Shown here: piece after piece, positions 35,197 to 45,340 of the stretch
How positions within the stretch are numbered: position 1 is the first letter of the stretch
Layout: each line of letters begins with the position of its first letter
Source of the DNA: Candidatus Eiseniibacteriota bacterium
GTDB lineage: Bacteria; Eisenbacteria; RBG-16-71-46; SZUA-252
Length of the DNA: 64,000 nt
Assembly (NCBI GenBank): GCA_036380835.1
Contig: DASVDZ010000031.1
Coordinates: 14,574-78,573, forward strand
Reading direction: 5' to 3'
Position numbers and translations under genes: made by a program
Notes under the pieces: model-generated
The model's database searches: none
Told to the model about the DNA's origin: nothing
What the model saw: only the letters and a program-made list of their open reading frames with translations

Positions 35197-36344
35197 TTCG
35201 AGCCCTTGCCCTTGGCCGGGGCCGCCTTCGCGTCCCCCTTCGCCGCCGCGCCGGCGCCCGCGGCGGCCGGGTCCGGCGTGCCGGCGGTCGACTGGATCGG
35301 GATCACCTTGGCGCCGTCGAAGAGCTTCTGATGGCCTGCCGCCACGACCCGCTGGCCCGCGTCGATGCCCTTCACGACCTCCACGACGTCGGCGAGGCGC
35401 GTTCCGAGCGTCAGGGGGCTCCGCGCCACGGTGCTGTCCGGCTTCACGAGGTAGACGAAGTTGAGGCCTCCCTCCGAGAAGACCGCCTCGTTCGGCACCG
35501 TGACGGCGTCGGGGCGCTGGCTCAGCACGACGGAGACGTTCGCCGACATTCCGGGGCGGAACTTGCCGCCGGGGTTCCGCACGCGCGCGATGACCTGGCT
35601 GCTCCGCGTCGCGGGATCGAGCACCGGGTCGATCACGTCGATCCGCCCCGTCAGCTCGTACCCCGGGTAGGCGGTCGTCGAGACCGTGACCGGCGCCCCG
35701 CGGTGGAGCTCGCCCAGATAGCGCTCCGGCGTCGAGAAGGTGACCTTGATCTCGTCGATCGCCGCGAGGTCGGTGATGACCGTTCCGCTCCGGAGATAGG
35801 CGCCCGGGCTCACCCGCTTCGCGCCGGCGATCCCGGCGAAGGGAGCGGTGATGCGCGCCTTGTCGAGCCGCGTCTGCGCGAGCGAGACGTTCGCCTCCGC
35901 CACCTTGAGCGCGGAGCGCGCGTCGTCCAGGTCCTGCGGCGCGCCGGCGCCCTGGTCGACGACCGACTTCACGCGCTCGAACGATGCCCGCGCCTGGTCC
36001 CGCACCGCCGCGGCGCGCTGGTACTCCGCCTGGAGCTGGCGGTCGTCGAGTTGGGCGATCATCCCGCCCTTGGCGATCGGACGCCCCTCAACGAACGGCA
36101 TGCTCTCGACGACGGCGTCGATCTCGGAGACGACGTCGATCGCCTCGCCCGCCTCGATGCCGCCGACGGCGTCGAACCGGTCCGCGACGCGCTGCGTGGC
36201 GGCCGTGGCGATCTCGACGGGCATCGGCGGGGGCGTGAAGCCGCCGCGCGGCCCTCCCGCTTGACAGCCGGCGACGGCGGCGACGACGAGGACGCTCCAC
36301 GCGGCGAGCCCGCGGCGGGCGGCTCCTGGATTCGATCGGCTCAT
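35193..36344 (-). CDS. RND efflux periplasmic adaptor (membrane fusion protein), lipoprotein
   Basis: The lipobox is VAGCQ. It has coiled-coil and barrel-sandwich hybrid regions. Its stop overlaps the RND start (ATGA). Confidence 0.85.
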   Translation of the reverse strand: MSRSNPGAARRGLAAWSVLVVAAVAGCQAGGPRGGFTPPPMPVEIATAATQRVADRFDAVGGIEAGEAIDVVSEIDAVVESMPFVEGRPIAKGGMIAQLDDRQLQAEYQRAAAVRDQARASFERVKSVVDQGAGAPQDLDDARSALKVAEANVSLAQTRLDKARITAPFAGIAGAKRVSPGAYLRSGTVITDLAAIDEIKVTFSTPERYLGELHRGAPVTVSTTAYPGYELTGRIDVIDPVLDPATRSSQVIARVRNPGGKFRPGMSANVSVVLSQRPDAVTVPNEAVFSEGGLNFVYLVKPDSTVARSPLTLGTRLADVVEVVKGIDAGQRVVAAGHQKLFDGAKVIPIQSTAGTPDPAAAGAGAAAKGDAKAAPAKGKGSK

Positions 36345-36349
36345 GCGGT

Positions 36350-38008
36350 TCAATTCCCTCCGGTTCCTGCCGGGGACGGATAGTCGCCGGATGTGAGCAG
36401 GCGAAGCTCCGCCGCCGCCTTGGCGGTGCGGACCAGCGCCTGGGAGTAGCGCTGCTGGGCGGAGGCCAGGTCGGCTCCCAGTCGCACCAGCTCGAACGCC
36501 GTCGTGCGGCCGTTCGCGTATTCCACGATGCCGATCCGGACCTGCTCCTGGGACGCGGCGACGCCCGCCCGGGCCGCCTCGAGGCGCCGCGACGCGTAGA
36601 CCAGCTCGCGGTGCCCCGCGCGCACGCGATCCGAGAGCGACCGGCGGGCCGCGATCAGGTCCTGTTCCGCGCGGTCCGTTTCCGCGTGCAGCCGGTCGCG
36701 CTCGCCGGCCCCCTCGCGGAATCCGATCGGGATCGACACCTCGACGCCCGCGCTCCACGTCGGGAACTTGCGGTCGCGCGCCTGCGCGAACGCGTCGCCG
36801 AAGCCTCCGGAAACGTTCGTGCGGAACGTCTGGCCGTTGAAGACGACGTCCTGCGGCCGCCCCGCGAGCCCGTTCCCGCCCATCGAACCGAATACGTCGA
36901 GCTGCGGATACGCGTTCCACCGCGCGCCGGTCCAGCGCGACCGGGCCGCGGCCACCGCCCGCTCGCGCGCCTTCAGGTCGTTGTTCCTCGAAACCGCGTG
37001 CGCCACGAGCGAGTCCTCGGGTGCGATCGGAAAGTCGGAGGGCGGCTCGTCCGCCGGGCGGTAGCGCGTCGCCTCCCCGGCCGGGCGGCGTCCGATGATC
37101 GACGCCAGCTGATCCGACGTCTTGTCGAGCGACTCCTCGCGATCGATCACCGCCTGCACCTGCTCCGCGTAGAAGACGCGCGCGTTGGCGACCTGGTTCG
37201 GCCCCACGAGGCCCGCCTTGTTGCGGAGGACGGCCTGCTCGAGAAGCGCGCCGGCCTGGTCTCGGATGAGCCGCTGGACCGCCAGGTCGCGCTCGGCCGC
37301 GTAGAGGTCCCAATAGGTCTGCTCCACGGCCGCGCGCGCCGCCATCACCGCGTCGTCGTACCGTGCCTTCGCCGCCTCGACCTCACGGCCCGTCGCCGCC
37401 CGCTCGCCCCACGCGCCGGGGCCGAAGCCCCTGAGGAGCGGCTGGCGAAGCGAGAGCGTGGTCGCCGCGTCGTACTGCGGCTTGAGCGCGTCGAACGAGG
37501 AGTTGCTCTCGTAGCGCGTCGCGTCGAGCGTCGCGGAGAGCTCCGTCCCGAGCGGCAGCGTGACGCGCGCGCCCCCGCTCGCGACCGTCTGGCGGATCCG
37601 GAGGACGCTGGCGCCCGCGAAGAACGACGCCGACGGCTCGTCGGCCTCCGACCAGGTGGTCGAGGCGAAGAGCTCGGGATCGAACGCGCCCCGCTCCCGC
37701 CGGGCCGCGCCGCGGGCGGCGCGATAGGCCGCTTCGGCCGATCGGACGTCGGTCGATCCCTCGAGCGTCGCCTGGACCGCCTCGCCGAGCGTGAGCGGGG
37801 TCCCCTCGATCGCGGCCAGGGACTGCGCCAGCGCGCTGTCCGGGTTCGCCGTGATGGCCGCCGCGATGGCCGCGCCCTTCACCCCCTCGCCGGAGGGGGA
37901 TGTCGGAGGCGCGTCCGCCGCAAGGGCCGCGGAGGAGAAGAAGAGCCCCGCCATCGCGACCGCCGTGGCGAGCACGCCTACGGGCCCGCTACGTGGCCTC
38001 CAAGACAC
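36350..38008 (-). CDS. TolC-family outer membrane efflux protein
   Basis: It carries two OEP-type repeats. The signal peptide is VSWRPRSGPVGVLATAVAMAGLFFSSAALAA. A GTG start is chosen at 38008; the ATG at 37954 would lack an n-region. Confidence 0.78.
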   Translation of the reverse strand: MSWRPRSGPVGVLATAVAMAGLFFSSAALAADAPPTSPSGEGVKGAAIAAAITANPDSALAQSLAAIEGTPLTLGEAVQATLEGSTDVRSAEAAYRAARGAARRERGAFDPELFASTTWSEADEPSASFFAGASVLRIRQTVASGGARVTLPLGTELSATLDATRYESNSSFDALKPQYDAATTLSLRQPLLRGFGPGAWGERAATGREVEAAKARYDDAVMAARAAVEQTYWDLYAAERDLAVQRLIRDQAGALLEQAVLRNKAGLVGPNQVANARVFYAEQVQAVIDREESLDKTSDQLASIIGRRPAGEATRYRPADEPPSDFPIAPEDSLVAHAVSRNNDLKARERAVAAARSRWTGARWNAYPQLDVFGSMGGNGLAGRPQDVVFNGQTFRTNVSGGFGDAFAQARDRKFPTWSAGVEVSIPIGFREGAGERDRLHAETDRAEQDLIAARRSLSDRVRAGHRELVYASRRLEAARAGVAASQEQVRIGIVEYANGRTTAFELVRLGADLASAQQRYSQALVRTAKAAAELRLLTSGDYPSPAGTGGN

Positions 38009-38091
38009 ATTGTGGCAATGATTTGCGGGTTGCGTCCAGTGCACCGATTCCCCCAAGCGCTCCCCGTGGGGGGGCGCGAAATCGCGTGAGT

Positions 38092-39120
38092 TTACGCCTC
38101 TTCGGGCACGACCTCCAGCGTCCGCCGCTCCGCCCGCCGAAGCACCACGAGCGGATGGGGCACCCCCGCCGCCTGGTCGGTGAGGCGGGCCTGCAGGTCG
38201 TCGATCCCCGCGACCGGCCGGTCGCCGAGCGAGAGGATGATGTCGCCTTCCTCCACGCCGGCCCGCCTCGCGGGACTCTGGGGCCGGACCGAGAGCACGA
38301 GCACGCCGCTCTCCGCGGGGAGCCGATAATAGCGGGTCACGCGGCGCGGCAGGGCGACATTTTGTCCTTCGATCCCGATCACGCTCCGGCGCACCCGGCC
38401 GAAACGGATGAGCTGGCTCGCCACCAGCTTCGCCGTGTTGACGGCGATGGCGAAGCAGATGCCCTGCGCCGGGAGGATCACGGCGGAGTTGACGCCCACG
38501 ACTTCGCCGCGCGTCGTCACGAGCGGCCCGCCGGAGTTGCCCGGATTGAGCGGGGCGTCCGTCTGGATCACGTTGTCGATCAGCCTCCCGGTTCCCCCGC
38601 GGAGCGAGCGGCCGAGCGCGCTCACCACGCCCGCGGTGACGGTCGCCTGGAAGCCGTACGGGTTGCCGATCGCCACCACGAGCTGCCCGACGCGGAGCCC
38701 CCGCGAATCGCCGAGCGCGGCCGGCGCGAGGTTCGGCGCCTCGATCCGGATCACCGCGAGGTCGCTCTCGGGATCGTCGCCGATCGCGTCGGCGCGAACG
38801 CGCTGCCCTTCCGGGAGGACGACGTCGATTCGGCTCGCTCCGTGGACCACGTGGCTGTTCGTGAGGACGAAGCCGTCGGGGGTGAAGACGAAGCCCGAGC
38901 CGGAGCCGCCCGCGGGGCCGCGACCGCGGGCGCCGCGCCGCGACGGCGCCGGCCGCTCGATCTCGATCGCGACCACCGAGGGGGCGACGCGCTCCACGGC
39001 GCCGGTCACGGCGCGCGAATAGGCGTCGAGCGCGTCGTCGCCTTCCCTCGGGGACGAGGGGAGCGCGAAGGACGAGAGCGACGGGGAGTCTGGGGCCGAC
39101 GACGAACGGGACGTTTTCAT
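38092..39120 (-). CDS. trypsin-like serine protease with C-terminal PDZ domain (HtrA/DegP family)
   Basis: Motifs: NSHVV (His), DLAVIRIE (Asp) and GNSGGPLV (Ser), followed by a PDZ domain. Confidence 0.75.
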   Translation of the reverse strand: MKTSRSSSAPDSPSLSSFALPSSPREGDDALDAYSRAVTGAVERVAPSVVAIEIERPAPSRRGARGRGPAGGSGSGFVFTPDGFVLTNSHVVHGASRIDVVLPEGQRVRADAIGDDPESDLAVIRIEAPNLAPAALGDSRGLRVGQLVVAIGNPYGFQATVTAGVVSALGRSLRGGTGRLIDNVIQTDAPLNPGNSGGPLVTTRGEVVGVNSAVILPAQGICFAIAVNTAKLVASQLIRFGRVRRSVIGIEGQNVALPRRVTRYYRLPAESGVLVLSVRPQSPARRAGVEEGDIILSLGDRPVAGIDDLQARLTDQAAGVPHPLVVLRRAERRTLEVVPEEA

Positions 39121-39314
39121 ACCTGGATTGGATGCGCGCCGCGCCGGGTTGGTTTCGCCGGCCGCCGAGGGCCGCCGAGCGCCCGTCGAGCGCCCGTCGA
39201 GCGCGGCGCCTCCCGCGCGGCCCGCGAGACCCTTCCGCGCCGGCCCGAGTCGGCGTATCATCGGAGCACGCGCATGACCCACCGACCCTTCCCATTCCCG
39301 ATCCCCCGGACGTC

Positions 39315-40166
39315 GTGATCCCGCCGGTCACCGAGTTCTTCGTCGAGATCCCCCACCGGGGCCGCCTTCGCGGCCTCTCGTGGGACCCCGAGCGTCCGCG
39401 CGGGCGGATCGGCATCCTGCACGGGCTCGGCGACCACGCCGCCCGCTACGAGCACGTCGCGCGCGACCTCGCGGGCCGCGGATACGCGGTCGAAGCGCTC
39501 GATCTTCCCGGGCACGGGCGCTCGTACGGGCAGCGGGGACACGTCGGCGCCTGGCAGGAGTACCGCGAGGCGCTCGACGCGTGGCTCATCCGGTGGGACC
39601 GCCTCCCCGGCGGGGACGCGCGCGCTCTTTTCGGGCACAGCATGGGGGCGCTGGTCGCGCTCGATCACGCGCTTCGGGCGCCGCGCTCGCTCCAGGCGCT
39701 GGTCCTGAGCGCCCCGCCGTTCGAGCTGGTGCTCCGCCCTTCGATGCTCAAGGTGCGCGCGGCCCAGGTCGCGGCGCGCTTCTGGCCCGGCTTCTCGCAG
39801 GGGAGCACGATCCTGCCCTCGATGCTCTCGCGCGACCAGGCGGTCGTCCGCGCGCACGCGGAGGACCCGCTGGTCCACTACCGCATCAGCGCGCGCCTCT
39901 TCTTCGAGTTCCAGTCGGCGCGCGCCGATCTCGTCCGGCGCGCGCGCGATCTCGAGGTGGACACGCTGATCCTCCACGGCGGGGCCGATCCGATCTCGAA
40001 CGTGGAGGGATCGGAGCGCTGGTCGCGCGGCGCGCCCGTAGGGAGGGTCACCTGCCGCCTCTACCCGGGACTCCTCCACGAGGTGCTGAACGAGGTGGAG
40101 CGGGCGCGCGTCCTCGTCGATCTGGAGGCGTGGCTCGATTCGGAGATGCCCGCGAACGGCGCCTGA
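39315..40166 (+). CDS. alpha/beta hydrolase (lysophospholipase/monoacylglycerol-lipase-like)
   Basis: Motifs: HGLGDHAARYEHVA, the nucleophile elbow GHSMG and the late HGGADP. A GTG start is chosen at 39315. The upstream part of the ORF (from 39132) is Arg/Pro-rich with poor coding character. Confidence 0.68.
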   Translation: MIPPVTEFFVEIPHRGRLRGLSWDPERPRGRIGILHGLGDHAARYEHVARDLAGRGYAVEALDLPGHGRSYGQRGHVGAWQEYREALDAWLIRWDRLPGGDARALFGHSMGALVALDHALRAPRSLQALVLSAPPFELVLRPSMLKVRAAQVAARFWPGFSQGSTILPSMLSRDQAVVRAHAEDPLVHYRISARLFFEFQSARADLVRRARDLEVDTLILHGGADPISNVEGSERWSRGAPVGRVTCRLYPGLLHEVLNEVERARVLVDLEAWLDSEMPANGA

Positions 40167-40175
40167 ACGGCGGCG

Positions 40176-41669
40176 TCACCCCGTGAGCAGCGCCACCGCG
40201 TCGTCCCAGGCCCGCACCCGCCGCGCGCGTTCCGCCGGCGCCATGCGCGGCCGGAACGTCCGCGCGCCGCGCGCCCCGAGCGGGGCGTCCTCCCGTCGCC
40301 GCCAGATCCCCGCGCCGATCCCCGCGAGGAGCGCCGCGCCAAGCGCCGTGCTCTCCGCCATCGCGGGACGAACGATCGGCACGCCGAGCAGGTCCGCCTG
40401 GAGCTGCATCAGGAGCCCGTTGGAGGTCGCGCCGCCGTCCACCAGGAGGCGCCTCACCCGGCGCTTCGCGTCCCGCTCCATCGCCACGACGACGTCGCGC
40501 GTCTGAAACGCGATCGACTCGATCGCGGCGCGGGCGAGATGCCCGCGCGTCGTCCCGCGCGTGATGCCGCACCAGAGGCCGCGAACGTCGGGACGCCAGT
40601 GCGGCGCGCCGAGCCCGGCGAAGGCGGGAACGAGGTGCGTGCCGCCCGAGTCCGGCACCGTGCGCGCGAGCGCCTCGCTCTCGCCGGCGTTCCGGATGAG
40701 GCCGAGTCCGTCGCGGAGCCACTGGATCGCCGCTCCGGCGACGAAGACGCTCCCCTCGAGCGCGTACGCGATCTCGCCTCGCGGGCCGCACGCCACGGTC
40801 GTCAGGAGGCCGGAGCGCGAGGCGACCGGACGCGACCCGGTGTGGAGCATGAGGAAGCAGCCCGTCCCGTACGTGTTCTTGATCCCGCCCGCCGCGACGC
40901 ATCCCTGGCCGAAGAGGGCCGCTTGCTGGTCGCCCGCGACGCCCCGGATCGGGATTCCGTCGGGGAGGCCCGGAACGCCACGCGTCACGCCGAACGAGCC
41001 CGCCGACGGCCGGACCTCCGGAAGGAGCGCCGACGGCACGCCGAAGAGCGCCGTCAGATCCGCGTCCCACCGGGCCCGCCGGATGTCGTAGAGGAGCGTG
41101 CGGCTCGCGTTGGTCGGATCGGTCGCGTGCGTCGCGCCCCCGGTCAGCTTCCAGAGGAGCCAGCTGTCGACCGTGCCGAACGCCAGCGCGCCGCGGCGCG
41201 CGCGGGCCCCGAGCGCGCGGTGCTCGCGAAGCAGCCACTCGACCTTGGTCGCGGAGAAGTAGGGATCGAAGCGGAGTCCGGTCCGCCAGCGCGCGAAGGG
41301 CTCGAGCCCGGCGAGCCGAAGCGTCGCGCAGCGATCCGCCGTGCGCCGGTCCTGCCAGACGATCGCCGGCGCCACCGGCCGCGAGGTCGCGCGATCCCAG
41401 AGGAGCGTGGTTTCCCGCTGGTTGGTGATGCCGATCGCCTCGAGGCGCACGCGGCGCGCGCCGGCCCCCCGGAGCGCGCCCTGGAGCGCGCGGAGCGTCG
41501 TCGCCCAGATCTCCTCGCCGCGGTGCTCCACCCACCCGGGGCGCGGGAAGTGCTGCGGCAGCTCGGCGTAGCCGCGCGCCACGACGCCCATCCTCCTGTC
41601 GAAGAGGAGCACGGTCGTTCCGGTGGTTCCCTGGTCGATCGCCGCGATCACCGCCGCGCTCCGGCTCAC
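40176..41669 (-). CDS. glpK: glycerol kinase
   Basis: Motifs: AIDQGTTGTTVLLF, GWVEHRGEEIWATT, GITNQRETTLLWD, GVAGDQQAALFGQGC, NTYGTGCF and VDGGATSN. These are near-colinear with E. coli GlpK. The GTG start overlaps the glpD stop (GTGA). Confidence 0.9.
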   Translation of the reverse strand: MSRSAAVIAAIDQGTTGTTVLLFDRRMGVVARGYAELPQHFPRPGWVEHRGEEIWATTLRALQGALRGAGARRVRLEAIGITNQRETTLLWDRATSRPVAPAIVWQDRRTADRCATLRLAGLEPFARWRTGLRFDPYFSATKVEWLLREHRALGARARRGALAFGTVDSWLLWKLTGGATHATDPTNASRTLLYDIRRARWDADLTALFGVPSALLPEVRPSAGSFGVTRGVPGLPDGIPIRGVAGDQQAALFGQGCVAAGGIKNTYGTGCFLMLHTGSRPVASRSGLLTTVACGPRGEIAYALEGSVFVAGAAIQWLRDGLGLIRNAGESEALARTVPDSGGTHLVPAFAGLGAPHWRPDVRGLWCGITRGTTRGHLARAAIESIAFQTRDVVVAMERDAKRRVRRLLVDGGATSNGLLMQLQADLLGVPIVRPAMAESTALGAALLAGIGAGIWRRREDAPLGARGARTFRPRMAPAERARRVRAWDDAVALLTG

Positions 41670-43177
41670 GCCGTCGCCTCCTCGGCGTCGCCGCGGACCG
41701 CGTCGATCGCGCGCTCTTCCCGGTCGAGCGCCGCCAGGAGCCGGTCGACCTCGGCCGTGCGCCGCCGCTCCGACCATCCGAGCACCGGCGCGAGCCACGC
41801 CGCGACCGGAACCGCCGCCTCCCGGAGCGCCCGCCCGTCGAGCCAGAGCCGCGTCCGCCTGAGGAGCACGTCGTCGAGCCGCCGCGCCTTCTCCGCGCGC
41901 GCGGCGTGCACCGCCTCGGCTTCGGCGACGGCGAAGCCCCCGGTCGTCGCGACGCGCCGCGGGAATTCGCGCGAGAGCGCCGCGATCGCGGCGTCGCGGC
42001 CGCCCGGAACCGGCGCCGTTCGCGTGTCGCACGGGCGGGCGCGGCCGCCGAGCGATCGCGCCGCGCCGTCCACGACGCGCTCGGCGAGGCTCCGGTGCGT
42101 CGTGTACTTGCCCCCCACGATCGACCGCATCCCGGACTCGACGACGATCCGGGCCTCGCGCGTGTTCTCCCACGAACGATCGGCGCGCCCGCGGGCGAGC
42201 GGCCGGATCCCCGCGAAGGCCCGCACCGGCCGCGCGTCGCCGAGCCGCTCCGGAAGCGCCCGGGCGGCCTCCTCGAGGAGGTAGCGGACGTCCTCGGGGC
42301 GTGGAAGCGCAGCGCCCGGCTCCCCCGGATCGTCGTCGTCGGTGGTCCCGATCAGGGCGTGCTCCCCCCAGGGGAGGACGAAGAAGACGCGGCCGTCCTT
42401 CCGCGCGGTAAGGAGGAGCGCCCGCTCCACGGGCATGGGCACGACGACGTGGGTCCCGCGCGACCTGCGCACGGTCGGCTCGACATGGCCGCGCGCGAGC
42501 GCGCGCACCGAGTCGACCCACGGTCCGGTGGCGTTCACGACCAGCCGCGCCTCCTCCTCTCCGTCGACGCCGTCGATCGTGTCGCGGAAATGGACGCGCC
42601 ACGCGGCATCGTCCACGGTGCGCGCGATCGCGGTCAGCTCCGCGTACGTCCGGACGCGCGCGCCCCAGCGCTCCGCGTCCAGGGCGATCGCGACGCAGAG
42701 CGCCGCGTCGTCCATCTGGGCGTCCCAGTAGACCGACCCGCCGAGGAGCCCCTCGGTCCTCAGGCCGGGAACCATGGCCACGGCCTCCGCCGCGGAGACC
42801 TGGTGATGCTCCGCGAGGCGTTCCGACCCGGCGAGACCGGCGTAGAGCGCGAGTCCGAGCGACACGACGCCGCGCCGGCGCCCTTCGCGCGCGTAGTGCG
42901 GAATGAGGAACGGGAGCGGGCGGACGTGCTCGGGCGCCGTCTCGAGGAGACGGGTCCGTTCGTGGAGCGCCTCGCGCACCAGGCCGATCTGCGCCGTCTC
43001 GAGGTAGCGGATGCCGCCGTGGATCAGCTTCGACGTCCGGCTGCTCGTGCCGGAGGCGAGGTCGCCGCGCTCGAGGAGGAGGACCGTGAGCCCGCGGCGG
43101 GCCGCGTCGCGCGCGACGGCGGCCCCGTGGATCCCCCCTCCGACCACCAGGATGTCGACCACCCCGCGCCCCTCCAT
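41666..43177 (-). CDS. glpD: FAD-dependent glycerol-3-phosphate dehydrogenase
   Basis: The N-terminal FAD motif is VDILVVGGGIHGAAVARDAARRGLTVLLLERGDLASGTSSRTSKLIHGG. Confidence 0.85.
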   Translation of the reverse strand: MEGRGVVDILVVGGGIHGAAVARDAARRGLTVLLLERGDLASGTSSRTSKLIHGGIRYLETAQIGLVREALHERTRLLETAPEHVRPLPFLIPHYAREGRRRGVVSLGLALYAGLAGSERLAEHHQVSAAEAVAMVPGLRTEGLLGGSVYWDAQMDDAALCVAIALDAERWGARVRTYAELTAIARTVDDAAWRVHFRDTIDGVDGEEEARLVVNATGPWVDSVRALARGHVEPTVRRSRGTHVVVPMPVERALLLTARKDGRVFFVLPWGEHALIGTTDDDDPGEPGAALPRPEDVRYLLEEAARALPERLGDARPVRAFAGIRPLARGRADRSWENTREARIVVESGMRSIVGGKYTTHRSLAERVVDGAARSLGGRARPCDTRTAPVPGGRDAAIAALSREFPRRVATTGGFAVAEAEAVHAARAEKARRLDDVLLRRTRLWLDGRALREAAVPVAAWLAPVLGWSERRRTAEVDRLLAALDREERAIDAVRGDAEEATA

Positions 43178-43295
43178 GAACGCGCGCCCCGGCCGCGACC
43201 CGGCTCCGGCGCGGCGTGGGCAGTCTAGTGGACCCCGCCGCGCGTCGCCAGTGGAACGGTGGTATCCTGGCGCCCCGCGCGCGGACGCGGCGAAG

Positions 43296-44081
43296 GAGGA
43301 AGGCATGAACGACACGAAGGGGCGGTGGGCGCTCGTGACCGGCGCCACCAGTGGGTTCGGCGCCGCCATCGCGCGGCGGCTCGCGGCCGAGGGCTGCCAC
43401 GTGGCGATCACCGGGCGGCGCGAGGATCGCCTCCGCGCGCTCGCCGGCGAGATCGCGCGGTCGAGCGGCGTCGAGGCCGTTCCGCTCGCGTTCGACGTCC
43501 GGGACCGCGAGGCGGTCGAAGCGGCGCTCCGGGGCGCGGACGGGCTCCTCGACCGGCTCGACATCGTGGTCAACAACGCGGGGCTCGCCGCGGGCCTCGA
43601 CCCGGTCCAGGCGGCCGACCCCGACGACTGGAACCGGATGATCGACACGAACGTGAAGGGGCTGCTCTGGGTCACGCGGACGGTGCTCCCCGGCATGATC
43701 CAGCGGAAGCGCGGCGACATCGTGAACATCGGATCGGTCGCGGGGCAACAGGCGTACGGCGGAGGCTCGGTCTACGCGGCGACGAAGTTCGCGGTGCGCG
43801 CGATCACCGAGGCGCTCCGCTACGACGTGCTCGGCACCGGCGTGCGCGTGATGAACGTGGCCCCCGGGCTCGCCGAGACCGAGTTCAGCCTGGTCCGGTT
43901 CCACGGCGACGAGGCGCGCGCCCGATCGGTCTACCGGGGAACGCGGCCGCTTCGCGCGGAAGACGTGGCCGACGCGGTCGTCTGGTGCGTGACGCGCCCC
44001 CGCCACGTGAACGTGCAGGAGGTGCTCCTCATGCCGACCGACCAAGCCTCGGCGTACGCCGTCCACCGCCGGGAGGGGTGA
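43296..44081 (+). CDS. SDR-family NAD(P)-dependent oxidoreductase (YdfG-like)
   Basis: Motifs: ALVTGATSGFGAAIARRL, NNAG and the catalytic YAATKFAV. An SD GAAGGAGGA is present. Confidence 0.85.
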   Translation, partial: EEGMNDTKGRWALVTGATSGFGAAIARRLAAEGCHVAITGRREDRLRALAGEIARSSGVEAVPLAFDVRDREAVEAALRGADGLLDRLDIVVNNAGLAAGLDPVQAADPDDWNRMIDTNVKGLLWVTRTVLPGMIQRKRGDIVNIGSVAGQQAYGGGSVYAATKFAVRAITEALRYDVLGTGVRVMNVAPGLAETEFSLVRFHGDEARARSVYRGTRPLRAEDVADAVVWCVTRPRHVNVQEVLLMPTDQASAYAVHRREG

Positions 44082-44114
44082 CCGCCCTCCCCTCCTCTCC
44101 TCGCCGCGGCGCCG

Positions 44115-44915
44115 CTAGGCGGGTCGCTTCAGCACGTGGTAGAGGTTCCCGTTCTCTCCGGTCCGGTGCCGCGAGAGCGGGAATTTCTCGAAGCGGTCCC
44201 AGTAGATCGCCTCGAGGGAGAACGGGCTCTCGCCGACCAATCGGTCCACGTCCTCCTGGGTCCAGTAGCGGAGCACGTGGTCCTCCTCGATCCGCCACCG
44301 CTCCGTTCCCCGCCGCGCCGTGATGAGGCAGCGCTGGTACGAGCGCTTGGCGGCGGCGTCCTCGCGCGCCACCTCCCAGAGCAGGGTCGTCGAGAGGTCC
44401 CCGCGGCGATTCCCCCACGGGCCGAATCGGGCGAGCTCGGGAGGCTCGTCGCCATAGGAGAGCTGCACGACGTAGATCCCGCCCGGTCGCAGCGCCGCCG
44501 CGGTCCGGCTCAGGTGCGCCGCGACCGAGGCATCGTCGAGCAGGTAGCCGATCGAATTGACCAGGTTGATCGCCGCGTCGAAGGGGCCGGGCGGGTCGAA
44601 CGCGCTCATCTCGCCGCGGTGGATCTCGCCGCCTCGGGAGGCGAGGCGCGCCCTCGCGAACGCGACCATCTCCTCGCTCAGGTCGTATCCCGAGACGGCG
44701 TAGCCGCGCCCGGCGAGCGCCGCGAGGAGTCGGCCGGTCCCGCAGCAGGGCTCGAGCACCCGGCGCACGGATCCCCCCGCGTGCCGCGCGAAGACCGATT
44801 CCAGGAACGCCAGCTCCTTCGTGAGATCCCAGCCGAAGGCGACGTCGTAGATCTCGGGTCGATGGTAGAGAACGCCGCCGATTCGAGGCGCGGTTCCGGC
44901 GCGGTCCTGGCTCAT
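44115..44915 (-). CDS. class I SAM-dependent methyltransferase
   Basis: Motif I is VLEPCCGTGRLLAALA. A DLS...F acidic motif II is present. Confidence 0.78.
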   Translation of the reverse strand: MSQDRAGTAPRIGGVLYHRPEIYDVAFGWDLTKELAFLESVFARHAGGSVRRVLEPCCGTGRLLAALAGRGYAVSGYDLSEEMVAFARARLASRGGEIHRGEMSAFDPPGPFDAAINLVNSIGYLLDDASVAAHLSRTAAALRPGGIYVVQLSYGDEPPELARFGPWGNRRGDLSTTLLWEVAREDAAAKRSYQRCLITARRGTERWRIEEDHVLRYWTQEDVDRLVGESPFSLEAIYWDRFEKFPLSRHRTGENGNLYHVLKRPA

Positions 44916-44919
44916 CGGT

Positions 44920-44964
44920 CCCCCGAAATGGAGGCGGGGCGGACGTCCGAAGACGCCGCCCCGC
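44920..44964 (-). terminator. candidate intrinsic terminator downstream of cspA
   Basis: The hairpin is GCGGGGCGG-a-CGTC / cgaa / GACG-CCGCCCCGC. On the minus strand it is followed by CUCCAUUUCGG, a weak U-tract. Confidence 0.45.
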
Positions 44965-44997
44965 TCGAAGCGTTACGTGCTGTGGTTCGCTCGGCGC

Positions 44998-45198
44998 TTA
45001 GGCCTTGCGGACGTTCGCCGCCTGCAGGCCCTTCGGCCCGCGGACGATGTCGAACTCCAGCCGCTCGCCTTCCGCAAGCGTCTTGAATCCTTCGCCCATG
45101 ATTGCCGAGTAGTGAACGAAGACGTCCTCGCCACCCTCTTGCTGAATGAACCCAAAGCCCTTCGCTTCGTTGAACCACTTCACGGTTCCTGTCGCCAC
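44998..45198 (-). CDS. cspA: cold-shock protein (CspA family)
   Basis: The product is [33 protein letters not shown]. It has a GTG start with an SD GGAGGAG. Its leader is long and AT-richer. Confidence 0.9.
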   Translation of the reverse strand: MATGTVKWFNEAKGFGFIQQEGGEDVFVHYSAIMGEGFKTLAEGERLEFDIVRGPKGLQAANVRKA

Positions 45199-45304
45199 TG
45201 ATGCAACTCCTCCAGAATACGGGGCTCGCGCCCCATCTTACCACCGCCACGAGGGCGGCTCGCCCGGCCACTTTGGTCGGGCCTCCGAGCGACGCATCGC
45301 CCAG

Positions 45305-45340
45305 ATACACAAAAAGCCGCAGGGTTGATTCCTGCGGCGT
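45305..45340 (-). promoter_or_regulatory. terminator-like hairpin plus U-run inside the csp 5' leader (possible attenuator/thermo-responsive element)
   Basis: The minus-strand RNA reads CAACGCCGCAGG-aaucaac-CCUGCGGC UUUUUGUGU. This lies about 110 nt upstream of the csp start, in a region of clearly lower GC. Confidence 0.45.
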
